Both the position numbers and the translations under genes were made by a program. A stretch of DNA of 64,000 nucleotides. Origin: an uncultured Actinomycetes bacterium (lineage in GTDB: Bacteria; Actinomycetota; Acidimicrobiia; IMCC26256; DASPTH01). The stretch spans positions 178,572 to 242,571 of the forward strand of contig CAVWPI010000006.1 in NCBI GenBank assembly GCA_963756895.1, given 5' to 3'. The notes below the pieces were generated by a model that saw only the letters and a list, made by a program, of their open reading frames with translations, made no database searches and was not told the origin of the DNA. Positions 28,259 through 36,447 of this stretch are shown one piece after another; the stretch's first letter is position 1, and every line of letters starts with the position of its first letter.

Positions 28259-29443
28259 TCAGGCGGACGGCCCCAGCAGGCCGAGGGCGTTGTCGCGCAT
28301 CACCAGGCGGATCTCGTCGTCAGAGAACGCGTGCAGCTCCTTGACGAAGTCGAGCGGGTTGGCCAGCGCCTCACCGTGCGGCCAGTCGGAGCCGAACAGC
28401 ACCTTGTCGGTACCGATGAGGTCGGCGAGCTTGCGCATGTCCTCTTCGTAGTACGGCGTCACCCACACGTGCTCCCGCATGGTGTCGAGCGGGCTCTCGG
28501 GGAACAGCCACGGCGTCTGGTTGGCCTGCTTGAGCAAACGCTTCACCAGCAGTCCGACCCAATCGGAGCCGTTCTCGATGCTCGCGGCGCGCAGCTTCGG
28601 GTGTCGGTCGAACACGCCGTCGACCACCATGCTGCCGATGCTGTCGTGGATCGGTCGGTCCGACACCACGAGCTTGCTGAGCACGTCGACACCACCGCGG
28701 AAGGGCTCGAACCAGTCGCGCGCGCCCCATGCGCCGGCGAACATCTCGTAGCCGCTGTCGCCGAGGTGGAACGCGACCGGCACGTCGGCCTCCGCAAGCC
28801 GCGCCCACACCGGGTCGTGGTCGGGATGCCCGAACGAGCGACCCTTGCCGTTGGCGGTGGGGACGGGTGCGGGTCGCAGGTGCACCATCCGCGCGCCGCG
28901 GTCGAGCACCCACTCGAGCTCGGCGATCGCGGCGTCGGGATCGGCGAGCGAGAGCATCGGTACGCCGTAGACGCGATCCTGGTGCGCGAAGCCCCAGTCC
29001 TCGTCGAGCCACTGGTTGAACGCGTGGAGCACCGCGGTCGTGGCCTCGATGTCGTCGCGCAGCATCTGCTCGATGCCGACCGCGAGCGTCGGGAACAGGA
29101 CGACGGCGTCGAGGCCCTGCTCGTCCATCACGGCCATGCGCGCGTCACGGTCCTGGTACTCGGCCCGCAGGGGCTCGAGCTTCATGAGCGAGCGGGGGTC
29201 GACGCCCTCGGGGATCTGGCCGCGGAACATGAGGTCCATGCAGCCGGCCACGATGATCGGGTCGAACGTGGGGTTCGGGATGAACTTGAAGAGCTTCCCG
29301 CCGACGAGCAGGAGCGAATGGGTGCCCTGCTGCACCACTTGCACGCCACGCTGCCGGAACTCCTTGGGGAGGTGCCGGGTGCACGCATCGAGGGTTTCGT
29401 AGTAGTGGTTGTCGGCGTCGACGGCGCGGTATTCGAGCTCCAT
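28259..29443 (-). CDS. Amidohydrolase-2 family (PF04909-like) protein; first gene of the long minus-strand operon
   Basis: ATG 29443 preceded by GGAGAGG. MELEYRAVDADNHYYETLDACTRHLP...VPVAFHLGDSGY...KVLFGSDWPHGEALANPLDF... 394 aa. The longer ORF to 30166 is antisense to the regulator gene and was rejected. Confidence 0.8.
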   Translation of the reverse strand: MELEYRAVDADNHYYETLDACTRHLPKEFRQRGVQVVQQGTHSLLLVGGKLFKFIPNPTFDPIIVAGCMDLMFRGQIPEGVDPRSLMKLEPLRAEYQDRDARMAVMDEQGLDAVVLFPTLAVGIEQMLRDDIEATTAVLHAFNQWLDEDWGFAHQDRVYGVPMLSLADPDAAIAELEWVLDRGARMVHLRPAPVPTANGKGRSFGHPDHDPVWARLAEADVPVAFHLGDSGYEMFAGAWGARDWFEPFRGGVDVLSKLVVSDRPIHDSIGSMVVDGVFDRHPKLRAASIENGSDWVGLLVKRLLKQANQTPWLFPESPLDTMREHVWVTPYYEEDMRKLADLIGTDKVLFGSDWPHGEALANPLDFVKELHAFSDDEIRLVMRDNALGLLGPSA

Positions 29444-29484
29444 GGCGTCCTCTCCGTTCCCGCGCAGCCTCTCGCGCGCGCGGC

Positions 29485-29500
29485 AAACGTTATAACATTT
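29485..29500. promoter_or_regulatory. Candidate FadR/GntR operator: near-palindrome AAACGTTATAACATTT with perfect core GTTATAAC
   Basis: The only AT-rich element in the 29444-29588 divergent intergenic region. GT-N4-AC core. TATAAC reads as a -10-like hexamer on both strands. Confidence 0.5.
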
Positions 29501-29588
29501 CGACCATCGCGGCCACCTGTCGGAAGGCGGGTACCGTGGCGTCCCGATCGCCTGGCGGGGCGTGATTCGGCGGGAGACGGAGGCGTCA

Positions 29589-30341
29589 GTGCCCACGACC
29601 AAGACCAGTCGATCGCGCGAGAAGCCGGAGCAGATCGCCGACGAGCTGCGCGCCCTGATCGTCGCCGGCGAGCTCGAGGAGGGTGAGTCGCTGGGGCGCG
29701 AGCCCGACCTGGTCGAGCGCTTCGGCGTATCCCGTCCGTCACTGCGGGAAGCGCTGCGCATCCTCGAGGCCGAGGGCCTGATCACCGTCGTGCGCGGCGT
29801 CCTCGGTGGTGTGGTCGCGCACCAGCCGAACGAGCGCATGACCGCCCGCACGGCTGCGCTCGTGCTCCAGGCCCGCAACGTCACCCTGGGCGACGTGCAC
29901 CAGGCCCGCAGCATGATCGAGCCTGCGGCGGTCCGAGTCCTCGCGATGTCACCGAGCAAGAAGGCGATCGACGAGCTCCAGAAGCTGGTGGAGGCCCAAC
30001 GCGCGGTGATCGACGACCCCGAGGCGTTCGGGCACGCCAACGCCCGCTTCCACGAGCGCCTGGTCGAGCTGTCCGGCAACCAGACCATCGGCATCGTGGC
30101 CGAGATGCTCAACGAGATCATCGCCCGCGCCGTCACCGCGGTGAGCCAGGCGCCGTCGAAGCGCAACTCGCTCCCGACCCGTCAGCGTGGCATCCGCTCG
30201 CAGGAACGCCTCATCGAGCTGATCGCGATCGGCGCCAGCAACGACGCCGAGGTGCACTGGCGGGCGCACATGGACGCCGTCGGCAAGGTGATGATCGGCC
30301 ACATGGCCAAGACCGCGGTCGACCTGCTCAACCACTACTGA
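29589..30341 (+). CDS. GntR family transcriptional regulator, FadR subfamily (FCD C-terminal domain)
   Basis: ...KPEQIADELRALIVAGELEEGESLGREPDLVERFGVSRPSLREALRILEAEGLITVVRG (winged HTH), then a helical ligand domain. GTG 29589 has GGAGG upstream; an in-frame GTG 29562 is also possible. Confidence 0.8.
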   Translation: MPTTKTSRSREKPEQIADELRALIVAGELEEGESLGREPDLVERFGVSRPSLREALRILEAEGLITVVRGVLGGVVAHQPNERMTARTAALVLQARNVTLGDVHQARSMIEPAAVRVLAMSPSKKAIDELQKLVEAQRAVIDDPEAFGHANARFHERLVELSGNQTIGIVAEMLNEIIARAVTAVSQAPSKRNSLPTRQRGIRSQERLIELIAIGASNDAEVHWRAHMDAVGKVMIGHMAKTAVDLLNHY

Positions 30342-30352
30342 CCCGCCTACAC

Positions 30353-31538
30353 ATGACGACACGACCTCTCGACGGGATCAAGGTTCTCGACCTGTCCCAG
30401 GTCGTCTCCGGTCCGATCTGCGGGAGGATGCTCGCCGACCTCGGCGCCGACGTGGTGAAGCTCGAACCCCCCGGCGGCGACATCATCCGCTTCCTCCAGC
30501 CCAAGGTGGGCGACGACCCGGTCAGCGTCTACTTCACGTGGGTCAACGCAGGGAAGCGCTCCGTGTCGCTCGACCTGAAGACCGAGCGCGGTGCCGCGCT
30601 CGCCCGCGAGCTCGCGCTGGCGAGCGACGTCGTGCTCGAGAACTTCCGTCCCGGCGCGCTCGCGCAGTACGGACTCGACCACGAGTCGCTCCTGGCGGCG
30701 AAGCCGAGCTTGATCTACTGCTCGATCAACGGCTGGGGCGGCGACAACTCCTGGTCCCAACGGCACGCGTACGCGGCCATGGTGCAGGCGGAGGTGGGTC
30801 GCGTCGAGCTCGACGCCCGGCTGCGCGAGGCGCCGCCCGAGCAGAGCCCCCACGTCGACGGTGACATCACTCCCGGCCTCCTCGCCGCGACCGCCGTCGT
30901 GAGCGCGCTGTTCCACCGCGCACGCACGGGTGAGGGCCAGCACCTCGACGTGTCGATGGCCGAAGCGCTCGTGTACACCGACGAGTGGACCTCGACCGAT
31001 CTCGCCGGGTACGAGGGGCCGCGAATCCCCGACACGTGGAACTACCCGATCTTCCGCGTCGCCGACGGCACCGACGTCGCGTTCATGGGTGACCCGACCG
31101 GCCGACTGGTCGAGATCGCCGCCGCCATCTCCGACGACGTGGTCGAGCCCACGAAGTCAGCGCGAGGAGGCCTGGCGGGTCCTCGCCGAACTCGTCGCGC
31201 GCGTGCCCGACTTCCCCACGCTCGAAGCGCGCTTCGACCTCTTCGGCTTCCTCGTGTCCGAGGTGCGCACCGTCCGACAGCTCGCGGAAACGCCGTGGGC
31301 GGAGGAGCGGGGCGTGTTCGTGGAGGTGGAACCGGGAGCGCGCGTCGCCGGTGCGCCGTTCCACTCCGACCGGACGACCATCGGGGTGCGCGGCCCGGCC
31401 CCTCGGTTTGCCCACCACACGCGTGCCGTGCTGGCCGAGCGCTGCGGGCTCTCCGACGACGAGCTCACACAGCTCGAGGCCGACGGCGTCATCCATTCCA
31501 CCGGCGACATCGACACCGCCCGTCCCGACTGGAGGTAG
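30353..31538 (+). pseudogene. Family III CoA-transferase (CaiB/BaiF type); one frame break near 31150
   Basis: MTTRPLDGIKVLDLSQVVSGPICGRMLADLGADVVKLEPPGGD...VLENFRPGALAQYGLD...GEGQHLDVSMAEAL... / ...EEAWRVLAELVARVPDFPT...APFHSDRTTIGVRGPAPRFAHHTRAVLAE... Confidence 0.8.
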
Positions 31539-31562
31539 CGGGACACCGCAAGCTCGTTCGCG

Positions 31563-32024
31563 TCAGGGAGTGACGTCCAGGTGCATTCGTGTTCCGGGCG
31601 CGAACTGGGTCGGAACCTCACGGTCGGCGACGAACCCGACGGCGTCGTAGAAATCGAGTGCGTGCGAGTTTGCCGTGACCTCGATCCGGCTGGACCCACC
31701 GGCTCGGACCAGTGACACCGCATCGAGCACGAGCGCGCGAGCGACACCTCTGCGCATCCGATCAGGGTCGACGAACAGATCGTCCAACTCGGCGACGTCG
31801 CCAGCCGGAGTCGTGGTTGCGAACCCCACGACGCGACCATCTTCGACCGCGACCCGGGTGCGGCCCTCGAGGATCGACCCGATCTCGAACACCAGCACCT
31901 CGGGATTGGCCGACAATGCGTCTCGATCGCCCACGTTCGACAGCGAGGACCGTCGATAGACATCGCTGATCACTTCGAAGTCGCTCACGTCGGCACCGCG
32001 GATGAGGAAGTCGTTCATGCGCAC
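31563..32024 (-). CDS. GNAT family N-acetyltransferase
   Basis: Intact 153 aa: ...RVVGFATTTPAGDVAELDDLFVDPDRMRRGVARALVLDAV...ANSHALDFYDAVGF... Confidence 0.75.
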   Translation of the reverse strand: MRMNDFLIRGADVSDFEVISDVYRRSSLSNVGDRDALSANPEVLVFEIGSILEGRTRVAVEDGRVVGFATTTPAGDVAELDDLFVDPDRMRRGVARALVLDAVSLVRAGGSSRIEVTANSHALDFYDAVGFVADREVPTQFAPGTRMHLDVTP

Positions 32025-32052
32025 AGATCGCCTGGTCCGGCGGAGCCCGCCG

Positions 32053-32397
32053 TTAGAGCGCCTGGTACAGGGTGAACAGTCCGACCGGGCTGCCGGCCAT
32101 CTGGGCCCGGAGGTCCTCGCTCAGGTCACCGAGGAGCTCGCCGCTGACCGCCCCCGTCGCCATGATCGACTCCATGAGGGGCGCCATGTTCTCCGAGTGC
32201 AGGATCAGCGCGTCGGCGTCGCGGAACCGCTCGAGGACGATGCACTCGGACTCGTCGGCGTTGAAGTAGGTGTCGTACTGCAGCGTGCCCACGTCCTTCG
32301 CTCGCACGATGTCCAGGCACTCGGCGGAGAGCCGCTTGAACTCCTCGACCTTGTCGGCGTGGAACGTGAATCGAACGATGCCCCGAAGCTCACCCAT
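32053..32397 (-). CDS. ABM-domain (antibiotic-biosynthesis-monooxygenase-like, dimeric alpha/beta barrel) protein
   Basis: ATG 32397 with GAAGGAGA upstream. MGELRGIVRFTFHADKVEEFKRLSAECLDIVRAKDVGTLQYDTYFNADESECIVLERFRDADALILH... Confidence 0.55.
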   Translation of the reverse strand: MGELRGIVRFTFHADKVEEFKRLSAECLDIVRAKDVGTLQYDTYFNADESECIVLERFRDADALILHSENMAPLMESIMATGAVSGELLGDLSEDLRAQMAGSPVGLFTLYQAL

Positions 32398-32504
32398 GCT
32401 GGTCTCCTTCGTCGGAACGGCCCCGCTGGCCGCCTTCACGGAGTGGACGGAACCGAAGTGTGGTTCTCGACACGCATCGCCGATGTTTCGTCCCCGGGCC
32501 GCGC

Positions 32505-33446
32505 TCAGGTCACCCCGTAGCGGTTCGCTTCGACCCAGCCGCGCGCCGTGCCCGTCCATCCCGTCACCCGCGCGTCGGCCAGGATGCGCCAGTAGAGCCA
32601 GTGCTCGGGCTCCTCGCACGTGTGGGCCATGTCGAAGCTGATGCTCGGTGACGCGGGCACGAGCTCCACCTCGAGCTCGTCGCCCTCGGCGGTCGAGAAC
32701 CGCAGGCGCGCCGGCGCCATGGTGCGGGCGCGGTCGTCGTAGTCGATGGCGCCGCCGATGCATCGCACCGGTCGTACGCCGGACGCGTCGCGCAGGTAGC
32801 CACCGCCGCGCTCGGAGAGCTGGGGCGCGCCGACGAAGTAGAGCTGCGCGCCCTCCGACTGGAGGTCGCCGAGGGTGAACGTCACCCGCCAGTTGCGCGG
32901 GCCCCACGAGCGGTCGCGATGGCCGGCGGCGCGCACGCGATGCGTCTCGCCGCCGATGGCGACGGTGCCGCTGACCGCCATGGACTGCTCGAAGCGGCTC
33001 GCCGGATACTGCTCGCTGCCGAGGTCGTTGCCCGTCCCGGTGCCGAACACCTCGGTCGTGGGCGTCGCGGTGAGATCGAGCGCGATCGGCACGAACCCGC
33101 CGGCGCCGGGACCGGTGATCTCACGCACGACGCCGCGATAGGTGAAGGTCGCCGCCGGCTCAGCGGCCTGATCATCGGGACACCAGCCGAAGTGCAGGCC
33201 GTAGCGGTCGTACGCCATGGCGTCGGCGAGGTCGAAGTCGTCGAAGCGGAGTCGGGTCTCCTCGGTGCCGAACCACGTGCCGTCGTGGAACACGTACGAC
33301 CAGATGAGCGCCCGTTCCTGGTTGGGGAGCAATCCGAGGCGGAAGAACCCGGCGGGACCGCCGTCGAGGTCGATCCACGAGAAGTACCACGACTCGTTCC
33401 ACGACCACACCGCGGGGTCGAACGGATGGACGTGTTCGTCGTTCAC
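32505..33446 (-). CDS. Conserved hypothetical protein, same family as 4622-5753 (WYF...RDRSWG motifs)
   Basis: GTG 33446 overlaps the kinase stop (GTGA). VNDEHVHPFDPAVWSWNESWYFSWIDLDGGPAGFFRLG...RVRAAGHRDRSWGPRNW... 313 aa, intact. Confidence 0.55.
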   Translation of the reverse strand: MNDEHVHPFDPAVWSWNESWYFSWIDLDGGPAGFFRLGLLPNQERALIWSYVFHDGTWFGTEETRLRFDDFDLADAMAYDRYGLHFGWCPDDQAAEPAATFTYRGVVREITGPGAGGFVPIALDLTATPTTEVFGTGTGNDLGSEQYPASRFEQSMAVSGTVAIGGETHRVRAAGHRDRSWGPRNWRVTFTLGDLQSEGAQLYFVGAPQLSERGGGYLRDASGVRPVRCIGGAIDYDDRARTMAPARLRFSTAEGDELEVELVPASPSISFDMAHTCEEPEHWLYWRILADARVTGWTGTARGWVEANRYGVT

Positions 33447-34448
33447 CGGGCCTCTTCCACCACTGACTCCCACAGCGGGAGGAGGCCCTGGTGGTCCTCC
33501 GAGAACGAGTCGGGTGGGCCCCACATCACGCTCGCCCGCGTCGCGGTGACGACGATGACGGTGGCGGCGAACGCCATCCAGTAGTCGAGGTCGACGAGCT
33601 CGCGCCCGGTCGCCGCGCTCCAGCGCGCCCACGTCTCGTCCTCCGACGGCAAGCCTGGCAATCGCGTGGTGTGTCCGTGCGAACGCTCGAGGAAGAGGCT
33701 GTACCCGATGTCGCCGGTCGGGTTGCCGACGTAAGCGACCTCGAAGTCGACCAGCGCGGCGACGTCGGAGCCGTCGACGATCGCGTTCACCAACCGGGCG
33801 TCACCCATGCACAACGCCGAGCGGTTCCTCGGCCGACGGCGGCACGTTGGCGACCAACCAGTCGAACACTGCGAGGTGTCTCGGCACCATCGTGTCGTCG
33901 ATGACCGCCAGCAGCGCCGCGCGCCAGTAGCCCAGCACGTCGAGCGCGCCGCACGGCCCGTCGTAGGCGGTCGCCAGTGCGCCGAGTTCGACGCGGTGCA
34001 CCGCGGCGAGCGCGTCGAGGAAGGAATCCCACGTGGCGCGCTGCGCGGCGGCGCCGGCGTCGAGGAACCAACCGTCGTGGTACGCGTTGGGCCAGGCGTC
34101 GGGCACACTGCGACCTTCGACCCATTCCATGACGAAGCACGGGCGACCGACCGCCCGGGTGCCCTGATCGATCGCCACCACGGCCGGCACCGGCGCACCG
34201 GCGCGACCCAACGCATCGACCACGCGCGCTTCCCGGCACGGATCGAGGTCGTGCACGATGCTCGGCACCCGGGGCGCCTTGAGCACCATGTGGCGCGGAC
34301 CATCGGGAGTGTCGGCGACGATCCGCCACGCACCGTTCGCGTGTCCCTGGGGCAGGAGCTCGAGCTCCACCCGCTCGATCGGCTGTCCGATGGCGTCGCT
34401 CAGCCACCCCTGCAGGACGTCCGGATCGATGACCTCGGTCGCGGTCAC
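33443..34448 (-). pseudogene. Phosphotransferase (APH/choline-kinase-fold) family protein; one frame break exactly at the HG|D catalytic motif (near 33805)
   Basis: VTATEVIDPDVLQGWLSDAIGQPIERVELELLPQGHANGAWRIV...RHMVLKAP...PCFVMEWVEGR...EEPLGVVHG / DARLVNAIVDGSDVAALVDFEVAYVGNPTGDIGY... GTGA overlap with the SDR stop. Confidence 0.75.
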
Positions 34449-35236
34449 ACGCTGCCGATCCAGGTGCCGGCGTCGTTGATCAGCACCTGGCCGGTCATCT
34501 TGGAGCTCTCGTCGGCGGCGAGGAACAGCACCACCCCGGTCATGTCCTCGGGCTCCAGCGTCGAGTTCAACACCGACGTCTCCCGCAACGAGTCGACGAT
34601 CGCGCCGGGCACGACCGCCTTGGTCGCCGCCGACATGGTGACGCCCGGACACACTGCGTTGACCCGGATGTTCCGCGAGCCGAGCAGCTGCGCCATCGTC
34701 TTGGTCTGGCGGATGATCATCCACTTCGTCATGCCGTAGCCCTCGGGTGCGAGCGTCGGTGCCGGCGCGTCGTCGGGCATCTGGAACAGCATGGGCAGCG
34801 ACAGCGGGAACGCCGCGTTCGACGAGATGTTCACGATCGACCCGCTGCGCTGCTCCCAGAGGTACGGCAGCACGCCGTTCGACGCGTGGATGATCCCCAT
34901 GAAGTTCACCGCGAGGAAGTCGTCCCACGTCGCGGTCAGCTGGTCGAACATCAGGCCGGCGTTGTTCACCAGGACGTCGACGCGCCCCAACGTGTCGACA
35001 ACCTGCTTCCCCATCGCCGCCATCTGCTCGCCGTCGCTCACGTCGGCCTCGATCACGAGCGCGCGGCGGCCGAGCGCCTCGATGTCGTCCTTGACCGGAC
35101 CGGCCTGGTCGATGCGCTTGAGATCGATGACGGCGACGTCCGCGCCCTCACGCGCCAGTGCCCGTGCGTACGCCGCGCCGATGCCCTGCGCGGCACCGGT
35201 CACGATGCAGACCTTGCCCTCGAGTCGATCCCCCAC
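34445..35236 (-). CDS. Short-chain dehydrogenase/reductase (SDR)
   Basis: GTG 35236 with GAGGGGGA upstream. KVCIVTGAAQGIGAAYARALAREGADVAVID...LVNNAGL...YGMTKWMI... 263 aa. Confidence 0.8.
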   Translation of the reverse strand: MGDRLEGKVCIVTGAAQGIGAAYARALAREGADVAVIDLKRIDQAGPVKDDIEALGRRALVIEADVSDGEQMAAMGKQVVDTLGRVDVLVNNAGLMFDQLTATWDDFLAVNFMGIIHASNGVLPYLWEQRSGSIVNISSNAAFPLSLPMLFQMPDDAPAPTLAPEGYGMTKWMIIRQTKTMAQLLGSRNIRVNAVCPGVTMSAATKAVVPGAIVDSLRETSVLNSTLEPEDMTGVVLFLAADESSKMTGQVLINDAGTWIGSV

Positions 35237-35274
35237 TGGTTCCCCCTCGCGCCGTCGTCTGGAATGGCCACGCC

Positions 35275-35303
35275 TTGACACGGCGACGATACATCTGACA
35301 TTT
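35275..35303 (+). promoter_or_regulatory. Weak candidate promoter (TTGACA-N17-ACATTT) in the divergent SDR/oxidoreductase intergenic region
   Basis: TTGACA at 35275-35280 and ACATTT at 35298-35303, in the only AT-richer patch of the 139-bp spacer, ~70 nt upstream of ATG 35376. Confidence 0.25.
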
Positions 35304-35375
35304 TGCCGACGCCGGGCGAGCCCGCACCCGCTCGACACACCGGCTCGCCGGATGTCCGGACCCTGGAGGCCCCGC

Positions 35376-36447
35376 ATGCCAACCTCACCCGTGCGCGTGG
35401 CCGTGTGGTCCACCGGCGGCATCGGCACCATCGCCATCGGCGCCATCCAGCGTCGACCCGACCTCGAGCTCGTCGGCGTGTGGGTGCACAGCCCCGAGAA
35501 GGAGGGGCGCGACGCGGGCGAGCTCGCCGGCATCGACCCGATCGGCGTTGCCGCGACCAACGACGTCGACGCCATCCTCGGCGCCGGCGTCGACTGCGTC
35601 GTCTACGCGGCGCAGGGTCCGGAGCAGGACGCGGCGTCGGTGCCCGACTACGTCGAAGCTGCTGTCGGCGGGGGTCAACGTGTCGACCACGAGCTCGTGG
35701 GCGTTGCTCCACCCGTCGACCTACGAGCCCACCTGGCGGGCGCAGCTCGAGGCAGCCGCCACCGAGGGCGGCGCATCGCTCTACGCCACCGGCATCGAGC
35801 CGGGCTTCGCCGCCGACCAGCTCCCGCTCCTGCTCACCACCATGTCGAACTCGATCACGTCGATCCGGGCGTCGGAGATCGCCATGTACGACACCTACCC
35901 GGTGGAGTTCATGATGAAGGAGGTCATGGGCTTCGGGAAGCCGATCGACGACGAGAACGCGATGCTCGGCCTCCCCGGGTCGATCCTCTCGGCGTGGGCG
36001 CCCGGCATCAACCTCATCGCCGACGCGCTCGGCGCGCAGCTCGACGGCATCCGCGAGGAGTTCGACCGCGCCGCCACCCCGCGCACGCTCGAGGTCGCGT
36101 GCGGCACCCTCGAGGCGGGCACGGTCGGCGCGATCCGCACGCAGGCCATCGGCGTGGTCGACGGGCGCGATGCGATCGTGATCGAACACGTGAACCGCAT
36201 GGCCGCCGACATCGCCCCCGAATGGCCGACCGCGTCGCGGGACGGCATGTACCGCATCACGATCGAGGGCGATCCCGACATCATCTGCGAGATGGCCGCG
36301 GGCGACCCCGAGCACTCGAGCCCGGGCGCGATGGTCGCGACCGCGATGCGCGCGGTGAACGCGGTCCCCTACCTGGTGGACGCGGCGCCCGGTTTGCGCA
36401 CCGCACTCGACCTGCCCATCACTGCACCGAAGTACGCGTTCTCGTGA
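35376..36447 (+). pseudogene. NAD(P)-binding oxidoreductase with dihydrodipicolinate-reductase-like N-terminal domain; one frame break near 35655
   Basis: MPTSPVRVAVWSTGGIGTIAIGAIQRRPDLELVGVWVHSPEKEGRDAGELAGI...CVVYAAQGPEQDAASVPDYV / KLLSAGVNVSTTSSWALLHPS...ATGIEPGFAADQLPLLL... Paralogue of 54298-55332. Confidence 0.65.

Noticed and set aside
28259-30166. 635-aa ORF suggesting a much longer amidohydrolase.
   Set aside because: The upstream 240 codons are antisense to the GntR/FadR gene and the intergenic region and are low-complexity. ATG 29443 has a GGAGAGG RBS, and the protein from there starts with the family-typical AVDADNHYYE segment.
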